Shown here piece after piece: positions 1-9,018 of a stretch of 64,000 nt of DNA; positions within the stretch are counted from its first letter, which is position 1, and each line of letters begins with the position of its first letter. Below the pieces are notes generated by a model that made no database searches, was not told the origin of the DNA, and saw only the letters and a program-made list of their open reading frames with translations. The DNA comes from an uncultured delta proteobacterium (GTDB lineage: Bacteria > Desulfobacterota > Binatia > UBA9968). The stretch covers positions 32,001 through 96,000 of the forward strand of contig CAWJBB010000051.1 of assembly GCA_963840855.1 (NCBI GenBank), in the 5' to 3' direction. Position numbers and translations under genes: made by a program.

Positions 1-147
1 GGCGCTGTCGTCCGTAGAACCGTCGTCGACAACAATAATTTCTGCGCCGGGGAGCCTGAGATCGTTGATTTTCGCCAACAATTTTTCCAAATTCGCCGCT
101 TCGTTGAAAACAGGAATGACGATGGAGGTGTAAAAACGATCAGCCAT
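1..147 (-). CDS. Glycosyltransferase family 2, N-terminal part (runs off window)
   Basis: Manual translation MADRFYTSIVIPVFNEAANL...IIVVDDGSTD; classic GT2 motifs. Confidence 0.85.
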   Translation of the reverse strand, partial: MADRFYTSIVIPVFNEAANLEKLLAKINDLRLPGAEIIVVDDGSTDDSA

Positions 148-1930
148 GCAATTGGTATAGAGCGTATCCGCGCTCCTGAAAGCTCAGCGAAAGCCGGCTC
201 GCGGCAAATTCGTTCCACAGAGTAATCTTGGCCGGCGACAAGTTGTTAAGCAAATAACGCGCCAGCAGGTCCGTTCGGACCATCAGGTGAGTAATTCCTT
301 CGCGTCTTAGTGTCTGCTCAACTTCAGCGGGGTTTCGCGCCGATTGAATCGCGGCCATGAGGAATGCCGGCAGCTCACCTCCGTCGTGAAAGTAGTCTCG
401 CTCACAGTAATAACCTCTCCTGCCGATAAAGAGCAGGTAAATTTTAGCGGTCGAGGGAAATTTTCGGTTGATGAATTCGAAGGTGGCGTATTCAGGCAGG
501 TTTCGCGCGAGATAAGCCGCTCTGGTTTCATTGCCGAGCAGATAAGGAATCGGCCTAACTTCCCGAAAATACCCGTAGAGATAAAATCCATGATAACCGG
601 CAAAGAACAAAAGACCGGCGAATAAATAAGCCGGTTGTTTGATGCGCAGATAAACATTGAAGACGCCGTAGGCGAACAGGACAACCAATGGCGGCACGAT
701 CATCAGCACATACCGCACGCGCAGATCGACCAGAAACAAGGCGTACGCCAAATACAGCAACGCGAAGCCGGCAAGCAAGCGCTTTTCCTCAAGCCACTTC
801 CCTTTGAACGCCCAGGGGAGAAGCAGAATCAGAACGGGGCTCAACGCACCGTCAAAATATTGCGGGTTGTCGTCCTGGCCGAAGAAAAACAGCCGCAGCG
901 GCAAGGCCGCGATCTGCCACCAACTTTCGCCGTAGAGCAGCTCCCGTCTAGCCAAGATTCCCAGAGAAACGTACTGTGCCGGCGCGCTCGCGGCCGGGCC
1001 CTCGGCGGCGAAAAAACCGCCCAGCAGCGGGAAAAACGGATTGCCGGTCTGGTACCAGTTCTTCGCCAGCCACGGCAAAAAGGGCAGCGCGCTGGCGACG
1101 CCGAATAAGGCGGCCTCGGAGATCATTTTTCCGAAACCCCGTTTGGGTTCCCTTGCGAGCTGCCAAGCGAAGAGCAGACCCAGCACCAGCAACGCTACCA
1201 GGCCATTGGGCTTGGTGGCCACCGCGAAGCCGGCGGATAGTCCCGCGAGCGCGAGCCATGAGCCCTTTGCTTGCTCTTCGCGCCAGCAGAGCAAACAAAG
1301 GAGCGCCGCGGTCGTATAAAAAGTGATGCCGAGATCGACGTAAGCCCAGTGGCTCAAGCGCAGCACGGAAGGAATAGAGATCCAGAAAAAAAAGCCTAGC
1401 AGTCCATAGAGGCTGTTCATCCGACGGGACAGGTATGCGTAGAGCAGCAGGCCGGTCAGATAGCCGAAGAGCGCATGAACGACTTTCGGCACGGAATCGT
1501 AGCCCCAAACTACCCACGGGGTGTAGAGCATGTCTAGCAACATCGGGTAGTAGGAGTAAGGCGCCATCGGGACTTCGATAATTCGCCCCGCTCGCGCATA
1601 GAGGCGCGGGATAGTTAGATGATGCGTCAATTCGTCCCGCGCGGTCGGCGGCACCAGACTAAGCAGGCCTTCAACAATGATGATGACGAGGATCGCCAGC
1701 CACACGGAGCGCGCCAGCCATTGGCTCTCGCCAAATGCCCGCAAGAATTCGCGGCAGAAGAAAAGAACCGCGCCACCGAGAGCCGCGGCAACGAAGAAGT
1801 TTGGCAGCGGGTTTGTTACGTAACCCGCAAGCCCGGCAAAAAAATATAGAGTCCCGACGCCGCCAAGCAGAGCGCCCGCCAAACTGGCGCGCCATAGCAA
1901 AAGCAAAAAGCGCTCCTCGGCCACGCTCAT
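140..1930 (-). CDS. Multi-TM GT-C (ArnT/PMT-like) glycosyltransferase
   Basis: 596 aa polytopic membrane ORF; DELTHH, YVDL, KPNG, WLAKNWYQTGNPFFP motifs. Confidence 0.75.
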   Translation of the reverse strand: MSVAEERFLLLLWRASLAGALLGGVGTLYFFAGLAGYVTNPLPNFFVAAALGGAVLFFCREFLRAFGESQWLARSVWLAILVIIIVEGLLSLVPPTARDELTHHLTIPRLYARAGRIIEVPMAPYSYYPMLLDMLYTPWVVWGYDSVPKVVHALFGYLTGLLLYAYLSRRMNSLYGLLGFFFWISIPSVLRLSHWAYVDLGITFYTTAALLCLLCWREEQAKGSWLALAGLSAGFAVATKPNGLVALLVLGLLFAWQLAREPKRGFGKMISEAALFGVASALPFLPWLAKNWYQTGNPFFPLLGGFFAAEGPAASAPAQYVSLGILARRELLYGESWWQIAALPLRLFFFGQDDNPQYFDGALSPVLILLLPWAFKGKWLEEKRLLAGFALLYLAYALFLVDLRVRYVLMIVPPLVVLFAYGVFNVYLRIKQPAYLFAGLLFFAGYHGFYLYGYFREVRPIPYLLGNETRAAYLARNLPEYATFEFINRKFPSTAKIYLLFIGRRGYYCERDYFHDGGELPAFLMAAIQSARNPAEVEQTLRREGITHLMVRTDLLARYLLNNLSPAKITLWNEFAASRLSLSFQERGYALYQLHG

Positions 1931-1987
1931 CCCTCGTCCGCCTGACTACACTTTCTCATTCCATCGAAAAAGCCGGCCAAGGAAGAC

Positions 1988-2236
1988 TCAGCCCGCTTTT
2001 TCGATGAGCGCAACCACCGCGCTGAACTTTACCAAATCACCTTCCCGCGCCTTAATCTCTTTCAGCACACCGTCGTCCGGCGCTTCGATCTCGACGTTGA
2101 CCTTATCGGTCTCAACTTCCAGTAAGCCCTCGCCTTTTTTAACCTCGGCCCCCGGCGACTTGAGCCAACGAAGAATTCTGACTTCATCGCTATCGTCGCT
2201 CGAACCCAGGCGCGGGACAGTCACTTCTTTCGTCAT
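1988..2236 (-). CDS. Stand-alone biotin/lipoyl attachment domain protein
   Basis: 82 aa from ATG 2236; LLEVETDKVNVEIEAP lipoyl-lysine motif. Confidence 0.85.
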   Translation of the reverse strand: MTKEVTVPRLGSSDDSDEVRILRWLKSPGAEVKKGEGLLEVETDKVNVEIEAPDDGVLKEIKAREGDLVKFSAVVALIEKAG

Positions 2237-2247
2237 GGCGTCGAGAC

Positions 2248-2847
2248 CTAGAGCGATTGCACCTCGAAGCTGTCGCCGAGCGATTTGAGCTTTAAAGTCT
2301 GGCGCATATTTTCCATGAAGGCGTGCACGTTTTTGTATTCGGCCGGGACCTCGTAGTTCACCGCCGTGTAGAGATAATGGAGCTGGGAGAAAATCGCAGC
2401 ATCGGCGAGGCTCATGCGGTCGAAAATAAACTTCTTGCCGGTGTAGATCTGGTCCAAGGTCTTGAAGTGAACGGCCCATTCTTCTTCGGCTTTCTTCCGC
2501 GCTTCCGGGGTATCCGCGCGGCGGATGGCGTGGTTGGCATGGATTAAAACTTCGTCCGACCAATCTTCCAGGGCCAAGCAAAGCCCCTTATTGACCGCGC
2601 CCTCGGGATAAATACTGTTCGCCGGATAATCCTTCTCAAGCAAGGCCGATATAATTGTCGAGTCAATGACGCACTTGCCGTTGTAGTCCATGGACGGCAC
2701 TTTTCTTTGTCCGGTATATTCGATCAGCGATTTACGGTCGTCTTTGCGCACATCGACGATGTCGTAGGGTACTTTTTTCATCGCAAAAACAATCCGCACC
2801 TTCTCGCAAAACATCGATGTTTGAGACTGAAATAGTTTGATAGCCAT
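2248..2847 (-). CDS. Glutathione S-transferase family protein
   Basis: SMFCEKVR, KVP, DSTII, SLAD motifs; GGAGGA SD upstream. Confidence 0.85.
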   Translation of the reverse strand: MAIKLFQSQTSMFCEKVRIVFAMKKVPYDIVDVRKDDRKSLIEYTGQRKVPSMDYNGKCVIDSTIISALLEKDYPANSIYPEGAVNKGLCLALEDWSDEVLIHANHAIRRADTPEARKKAEEEWAVHFKTLDQIYTGKKFIFDRMSLADAAIFSQLHYLYTAVNYEVPAEYKNVHAFMENMRQTLKLKSLGDSFEVQSL

Positions 2848-2986
2848 GCTCTATTCCTCCTTCGATATGATTCTTGGTTAGTGCCGTGGAAACCGCCGCA
2901 ATCCTGGGGTGGCCGCTCGATGCTCGAATCACTTAATATCCCATGCACCAATTTTCATGAATTCTCAACCGCCCGCTGGCTTCTTG

Positions 2987-3015
2987 TTGACCTCGTTGGC
3001 GATCGTGAGTATTCT
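2987..3015 (+). promoter_or_regulatory. Sigma70-type promoter
   Basis: TTGACC-17 bp-TATTCT. Confidence 0.6.
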
Positions 3016-3041
3016 TTCATCGACGCCCAAAGAGGGCACCC

Positions 3042-3080
3042 GTGAAACGCAAGGACAAGGTAATACTTTTTTTAGTATAG
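3042..3080 (+). CDS. Putative leader peptide MKRKDKVILFLV
   Basis: AGAGGG SD then GTG start just after the promoter; Val/Ile/Leu-rich end. Confidence 0.35.
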   Translation: MKRKDKVILFLV

Positions 3081-3195
3081 GCCACTAGGGCGACACGGAC
3101 CTTCGGACTGTTCTGAGCAGAAGTCGACGCTGAGAACGGCGGCCGCCGCCGGATCAGCGGAGCATTTTTAGAGCTAGATTTTAGAAGGACCTACG

Positions 3196-3405
3196 ATGGC
3201 AAAGTATCTTCAATGCAGCGAGTGCGGCAAACTGGCTTTTTACTACGACGACTTCGTCGGCACGGAAAAACCTTTCTATAAGCGCTTCATGCGCTACCCC
3301 GAAGGCGAAACCAAGCACGAACCGCCCCGCTGCTTTAGCTGCGGCGGCGTCCCGCGCCTGATCCACGAAAACATCAAGGAAGAAAAAGCGGCCGCGAAGC
3401 ATTAA
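3196..3405 (+). CDS. Small zinc-ribbon protein
   Basis: 69 aa, CSEC...CFSC; GAAGGA SD. Confidence 0.65.
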   Translation: MAKYLQCSECGKLAFYYDDFVGTEKPFYKRFMRYPEGETKHEPPRCFSCGGVPRLIHENIKEEKAAAKH

Positions 3406-3439
3406 GGTAGTCGATGAACTGTCCAAGGCGAGCAGCAGG

Positions 3440-3667
3440 GTGACATTGTAAGCGTGAAACACGTACACGGGCAAAATTGAAAGCGATGGCGGGCCCGAAA
3501 TCTCACCAGCCAAGCGGCTAACGATCCAATCCGGCCGCGTGACGTGAAAAACTCCAAAGGACAGTAAATCCGGCGCCATCCCAACGAGAAATCCTGTCCA
3601 GAACTCTTTTTTGCCGCGGGCAGAGAACGCCGCGCCGCCCCAAAGTCCATGGGCCAGTACGTCCATG
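3440..3667 (-). pseudogene. Truncated membrane-bound metal-dependent hydrolase (YdjM-like)
   Basis: MDVLAHGLW...APDLL...AYNVT; the expected THS motif and C-terminal half are missing. Confidence 0.55.
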
Positions 3668-3698
3668 AATAATCTATCCCTGTTGCATTGCGCCGGCT

Positions 3699-4016
3699 TC
3701 AGCGTCCGGCGGCGACTGCCTTTACATGCTCTTGCACGACTTCGGGCGGGCACAGCCGGATAAACAATTTGAGGCCGAGCAGGATCACTACGAGATCGTC
3801 GATCTGACCGAGCACAAGGAAAACGTCGGGCAACAAGTCAACCGGCAAAATCAGATATCCAAGGACGCCCAACGGAACCAGCTTCGACCGCAGCGCAACC
3901 CGCGGATCTCTTACCAAACGCGAGAATACCCTTAGAAACCTCGGCAGATGATAAAGAAATTGGAGGAGCTGTCTAACGCCAAGCTGCCGGACTATTCCTA
4001 ACGGCGCCAGTCGCAT
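3699..4016 (-). CDS. YkvA/DUF1232 family protein
   Basis: DPRV...YLILPVDLLPD..LGQIDD motif. Confidence 0.85.
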   Translation of the reverse strand: MRLAPLGIVRQLGVRQLLQFLYHLPRFLRVFSRLVRDPRVALRSKLVPLGVLGYLILPVDLLPDVFLVLGQIDDLVVILLGLKLFIRLCPPEVVQEHVKAVAAGR

Positions 4017-4081
4017 CGCCTCACCTTTCGCCGGCTGCAGCGCGGTGGTGATTTGCCAGACACACTCGGTTTTGCCGCGGC

Positions 4082-5280
4082 TCACTCATTGCTCTTCATC
4101 ACCTGCGAGCTCGGGGCTCTGCCAAACAGATCCACGACGCCCCGTCGCGCATCTTTCTTAAAGAGCATTATGCCCACTGCAAGAGCAATATAAAGAAAAG
4201 AATAATAGAACCGGAATAATGGATCGGGAAAACACAACTGCGTTGAAAACAGCACGAATATAACGGTAGCTTCAACCAGGCTAAACGACAGATTGGCCAA
4301 GATCGCGACGGCGAACAGAGATTGCGCAGCCGTCAAAAACATCTCTTCAATTTGCCGTTGATCCATTTCCATCGGGCCCAATCGTCCCGCGGATATCGCG
4401 AACACGACGGGCAGCATGCCGATCAGCAATGTCCATTGATTGACTTTTGAGCTGAGCAACGCCCCCATGCTTATTCCCGGCTGCATGCGCAGCGCGAATA
4501 AGATCGCGACGATGAATTCAGGCGACTCGGAGGCCAAGGGCGCCAGCCATTGAACCAAGATAAATTCTTCGATGCCAAACTTGCGTCCCGTGGCCAAGAG
4601 GCCTTCGGCAAAAGGCTCAGCGGCGATAAAAATGGTAAAACCGGAAAACAGAAAAAATAACACGGTTGACGACGCGACGCGCCCCCTCTCCCACAATTTT
4701 CGATCATTGCCGGTGGACCTTCGAGCTCTGGTTCTATATGTGAAGCCTTCGACGCGGCACGCATGTAAAAGGCAAAAATCCCGATGAATATAGCCGCGTC
4801 TGTAAGATCGAGCCGCCCTTTGAACGGAATGATGAAAGAATAAATTGTCGCTAATCCAAGATAAAAGATTTCGGTCTTATGCTCGGGCTCCAGCTGAATC
4901 GCTTTCTTGCCGGATTTGAGCCAAAAGGTCATCACCACGGCGGCCCAACCTACCCCGATCAACAACCGGTTGGCGCCGGTCATATTGGCCATGGCAAACG
5001 CCGTGTACTTCGGGTCCTTCCCGGCTTGCCAGGCAAAATACATATCCACGGCATATTCGGGCAAAACCGCGATCAGCGCGAGAAGTGCAATGGCCAACGC
5101 TTGTGGAATGTCTTTCTGCGCGAGTTCAGCCGCCCACGAAAGGATGAACGCGGCGCCAAAAATCGCCAACCCGGAGCTTAGCGCCATCCAGTGCGGCGGT
5201 GGATGTCCACCGGTAAAGTGAATCACGACCCATTGAAGACAAAGCGTCGTTGCTGAGCCGATCCAGAGCCAATTCGTCAT
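4082..5280 (-). CDS. Sodium/calcium (cation) antiporter, frameshifted near 4670-4700
   Basis: Alpha repeats [16 protein letters not shown] and LASESPE/SSKVNQW split over ORFs 4471..5280 and 4082..4696. Confidence 0.85.
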
Positions 5281-5370
5281 CCGTTCCTCCAGGCGAGATC
5301 AAAGTTTCTGAGATTTATCACCCGTTCCTAATTTCACAGCCGCCGGGCTATGTCAATGCACTTAAACAAG

Positions 5371-5401
5371 AAAAGGGCGGGTAAGTTACCCGCCCTTTTT
5401 T
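5371..5401. terminator. Bidirectional rho-independent terminator (probably the original tRNA-Ala terminator)
   Basis: AAAAGGGCGGGTAA-g-TTACCCGCCCTTTT hairpin with A/T tails. Confidence 0.75.
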
Positions 5402-5404
5402 GCG

Positions 5405-5453
5405 ATTGGTGGAGCCGATGGGGGTCGAACCCACGGCCTCTAGAGTGCGATTC
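5405..5453. repeat. att repeat (displaced copy of tRNA-Ala 3' half)
   Basis: attggtggagccgatgggggtcgaacccacggcctctagagtgcgattc, identical to 12589..12637. Confidence 0.95.
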
Positions 5454-6311
5454 AAAAGGAGCAGAAAAACAAGCACAGATTCAAAGGCTTCTGCGCCGAG
5501 CTTTGAGGATTTGCTCACGCTGTATTTGCAAGAGCAAAAGCTCAATGATTGCTCCCGAGCGGGGGAATACTCAGCGGAGCGGCTCAAACCTTCGTTTGCA
5601 GGTTTTCCGGTTTCGGAAATCACAGCGCTAAGAATTAACGAGCACATTCTCCGGCGCAAAAACAGCGGATCCGCAAACGCAACCATCAACCGCGAGCTTG
5701 CTGCACTGCGCAGGATGTTCACCTTGGCGCTGCGCTACGGAATGATTTCCTCTGCGCCGTTCATTCAGTCTCTCAAGGAAGCCCCACCGAGACAAGGCTT
5801 TATTGAGCGCCCACAGTTCGAGAAACTTCTCGCTGCGCTGCCTGCGTACGTTCAGCCTGTAGTCGAGTTTCTCTATCTCTCCGCGTGGCGCAAGCGCGAG
5901 GCTTTGACGCTTCAGTGGTCGGATGTGGACCTTCCAAGCCGGGTTGTGCGCCTACGCCCGGAGCGCAGCAAGAACGGCAAAGGTCGAACGCTTCCCTTGC
6001 GCGGTAGACTGTTGGAGTTGATTCAACAGCGGTGGAGTCAGCGGCACGACGGTTGCGCGTATGTCTTCCATCGTAACGGACGCCCCATTGCGGACATTCG
6101 CAGGGCCTGGGCAAAAGCAACCCAAGCAGTGGGATTGAGCGGTCTGCTGGTTCACGATTTGCGCCGTTCAGGGATAAGGAACCTTGTCCGTTCTGGAGCC
6201 TCTCCGAACGTAGCAGCCAAGATTAGTGGCCATCGGACCATGAGCACGTTTTTGCGCTACGACATCACGAGTGAGGAAGACATAGCGCAAGCCATTGAGG
6301 CCGTGTGCTAA
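5406..6311 (+). CDS. int: Tyrosine recombinase/integrase (start uncertain; candidate starts lie in the att core)
   Basis: Catalytic R (WRKRE), K (SKN), HDLRR, GH and Y (RYDI) intact; TINRELAALRRMF core-binding segment. Confidence 0.92.
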   Translation: MVEPMGVEPTASRVRFKRSRKTSTDSKASAPSFEDLLTLYLQEQKLNDCSRAGEYSAERLKPSFAGFPVSEITALRINEHILRRKNSGSANATINRELAALRRMFTLALRYGMISSAPFIQSLKEAPPRQGFIERPQFEKLLAALPAYVQPVVEFLYLSAWRKREALTLQWSDVDLPSRVVRLRPERSKNGKGRTLPLRGRLLELIQQRWSQRHDGCAYVFHRNGRPIADIRRAWAKATQAVGLSGLLVHDLRRSGIRNLVRSGASPNVAAKISGHRTMSTFLRYDITSEEDIAQAIEAVC

Positions 6312-7459
6312 GGCCCGGCTCTGGCCTGCTCATCCGCCACGGCCCAAATGGAGCTTCGGCAGGGTTGTAGGCTGGGTTGTCCCGGATTCCCAGTGGAATT
6401 CCTCCGGCGCTTCGCGAGGTTGGGCGCGGAGATCATGTAGAGCGTTATGAATGCTAGAACACTATTACATAATACACGTCCACTGGACTCATGGTCCACA
6501 TAACCTATTGAGTTTGCGAGGTTCATACCTCTTAAACTCTACTGATTTGATAGGGTTTAACGTTTGAGTACCTACTTTCCTGTGAGAAAATTTCCGCCAG
6601 GGGCACGGGTAAGGTCGATCCCACTTGCGTGAATCGCCTGAGATCGGAATCGCCTTAGGGGAGTGGAGGGGGGCGGACCAGGGACCAGGGATCGACTAGG
6701 GCGGGGAGAGACCAGGGATAACACAACTAGTCCCGGGCAGTCTACATCGTGTCCAATCCACGTTGGCACTGGTTGGTCCAAATTTCCCTGCTAAATGGCC
6801 CATGTACGTTAGATCGAAGAACTAGGGCGCTCGGGTGCGGCGGATGGTGGGCTGAAGTGCCAGTTTGCCATAGCTTGGGAGAACCCCCACCCAGCTCGTT
6901 GGCTGTGGTTCCAGGCCAATTCACCCCCCACCCCCGAAATTCTGCAGACGCACCCTGCACGCACGTAACTACCCCCACGTGAGGGATCCTGGAAATGCGC
7001 GTTCTGTGCGTCACTACCGGCGGACCCCCAGTGTACAATGTACAATGTACACGTACACTTAGCGCTGGAACCTTAAGCTTCGTCCCGCAGCGTGCCTCCA
7101 ACCCCCCAAGTTCGCAGCAACTTAACGATGAGTACGTTGTTATGAGAGGACAGTGAAACCACAAAAAACCATGCGAAAACGCAAACGGCGAAGAACTTGC
7201 GGCGAGCTTGCGTGTTCTAATGATTCAAACATCGTATTCTCCAACTAATTCGCCGGTTTGTAAATTGGCCTGGAAAAAGCGCAGCAAAATCAATGGGACC
7301 AAAAAAGCTCCACTTTAGTTTTAGGCAAACAACAGGCCAATTTTACAGTGTAATCACATTGGCGTCTGTAGCTATAGAGGCAAGCATCATCGTTGGCACC
7401 TTCGAGTGTCTATTTTTTCGACCAGAAAAAGACAGCATAAAAACACGGGAGGCATTTCA

Positions 7460-7690
7460 ATGGGCGGATTCGCAAGAACAGAAACCCTAGAAGACGTACT
7501 AAAGGCCATCAGCCAAACCGGCAGCCTGCGAAAAGCGGCAGAGCACTTGGGTATGTCACCAATGTGGATCTCGAACCTACTTCGGCGCTACGGTATCCGG
7601 CAGGTGATTCAGTGGGTTGATCAGCGCGGCAACATAAGGGCCACGGCCAACGGCGAAGGAAAGCCATTCCATGCCTCCGATGATTTTTAG
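7460..7690 (+). CDS. Small helix-turn-helix DNA-binding protein
   Basis: GSLRKAAEHLGMSPMWISNLLRR; GGAGG SD. Confidence 0.75.
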   Translation: MGGFARTETLEDVLKAISQTGSLRKAAEHLGMSPMWISNLLRRYGIRQVIQWVDQRGNIRATANGEGKPFHASDDF

Positions 7691-7720
7691 TTCTACACGA
7701 GGCGAGGGGAAGCAAAGGAA

Positions 7721-7918
7721 ATGAACAAGCGTAAAGGAATGATACGAAAACTCACGCGCAAAGCCGAGCAGGCGAACGAACAACAATCCCTTCGGCGCAA
7801 GACGGGGAGGAGTGGGGTACTGCTCACGCAGACAAGCGATAGCGTGCTCGTGGTGCAGCCTCAGCCCAGCATCCCCCCTCGTGGTCGTTCGTTGGCCACC
7901 GGAGGAATCCCTGCATGA
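7721..7918 (+). CDS. Hypothetical basic protein
   Basis: AAGGA SD; ATGA overlap with the next ORF. Confidence 0.45.
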   Translation: MNKRKGMIRKLTRKAEQANEQQSLRRKTGRSGVLLTQTSDSVLVVQPQPSIPPRGRSLATGGIPA

Positions 7919-8268
7919 GAATCAAAATCATCAACCGTGGATGGATAAGCCAAGCGACTCTTGAGCGGGCATCGAAAGCCCCCTGGAACAAGCTAGAAGT
8001 GAAGCTCTTGAATGACGGCAAAAATGGTCCGCTGTGGTACGTCGAACACGTAAACACGATGACCCCGGTTGATGGATTTTACCAGAGCAAGAGCGACGCT
8101 GAGACTTCTGCAAAGTGGCTCGCTAAATCCCAACAACGCGCAGAGCTAGAACGTCGGATTGATCGCGAGGAGTTTATGGACGTGGACGGCAACACGCGCA
8201 TCGTGTATCGTTTTAGCCCTTCTCTGGTGCGGAAGCAGAGCGCTATAGGGAGCAACGAAAATGAGTAA
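7915..8268 (+). CDS. Hypothetical protein
   Basis: 117 aa; GGAGG SD; translationally coupled to previous ORF. Confidence 0.6.
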   Translation: MRIKIINRGWISQATLERASKAPWNKLEVKLLNDGKNGPLWYVEHVNTMTPVDGFYQSKSDAETSAKWLAKSQQRAELERRIDREEFMDVDGNTRIVYRFSPSLVRKQSAIGSNENE

Positions 8269-8387
8269 CATACACATACCAAAACCCAGCACAAACAGAC
8301 AAAGAATTCTTCCTCTGCTTCCTCTGCGTACATGGTTTTGATTCAGGCCAAGAGAGAAAAACTTACACGAGCGAAAGGAGAGACTCT

Positions 8388-8804
8388 ATGCAGCAAAAAA
8401 GACGACTCGCTGCCTTGTGCGTTTTAACTTCAATTCTGGCGTTCAGTGCTCATGCGTTTGGGCGGCAGATATCACTTAAGGAGTATCGCCAGTCCAGGTC
8501 CGACCCAGGAGCCCAGGGAGAAATGAAGGGAGAAATGATGAAATTATATGTGATGGGGCTTGGGGACGCACTTGTTGCGGCGAATGTGTATGGACCTGGT
8601 AGTCGTAGTCGCAACTTCTTCTGCCCTCCGCCTGAGCTTGCTTTAGTCGTTAATAATTACATGCAAATTCTCGATGCCCAGATTCAACGTGAGATTCAGC
8701 GTGACAAGCTGCGCAGATCAGGAGTCTTGACAGATGATTTACCAATCTCACTCATATTACTCCACGGTTTAAAGGAGACTTTTCCGTGCCCAGAGAAACC
8801 GTGA
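8388..8804 (+). CDS. Secreted Rap1a/Tai-like protein
   Basis: Signal peptide (AHA); YVMG..D, FCPP and C-terminal LKETFPC pattern. Confidence 0.6.
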   Translation: MQQKRRLAALCVLTSILAFSAHAFGRQISLKEYRQSRSDPGAQGEMKGEMMKLYVMGLGDALVAANVYGPGSRSRNFFCPPPELALVVNNYMQILDAQIQREIQRDKLRRSGVLTDDLPISLILLHGLKETFPCPEKP

Positions 8805-8811
8805 GAACATC

Positions 8812-9018
8812 GTGATGAACACAGACTCAGACATAAAGTTTGTCCAACATCTCGTTGGACGTTTGGCCGCTGAAGGGTTCTTTGGGGAGCTAACCATCCG
8901 CTACCACAAAGGGCGAATTACAGTCGTACGGCGAGAAGAATCCCTTCCTTTGCCGTCATTCAATGATGAGAAATTCTCACAAGGAGAGAAACAGAATGAA
9001 CAACTTGGAAATTCCTAA
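8812..9018 (+). CDS. Small DUF2292-like phage/ICE protein
   Basis: FFGELTIRYHKGRITVVRREES pattern. Confidence 0.5.
   Translation: MMNTDSDIKFVQHLVGRLAAEGFFGELTIRYHKGRITVVRREESLPLPSFNDEKFSQGEKQNEQLGNS

Noticed and set aside
3020-3180. Known riboswitch (c-di-GMP, ZTP, glutamine)
   Set aside because: The consensus motifs I know do not match; kept only as a leader-peptide candidate.
6749-7156. Plus-strand ORF continuing past TGA 6980 (selenocysteine readthrough)
   Set aside because: No recognisable selenoprotein context or SECIS; it mirrors the open frame on the opposite strand.
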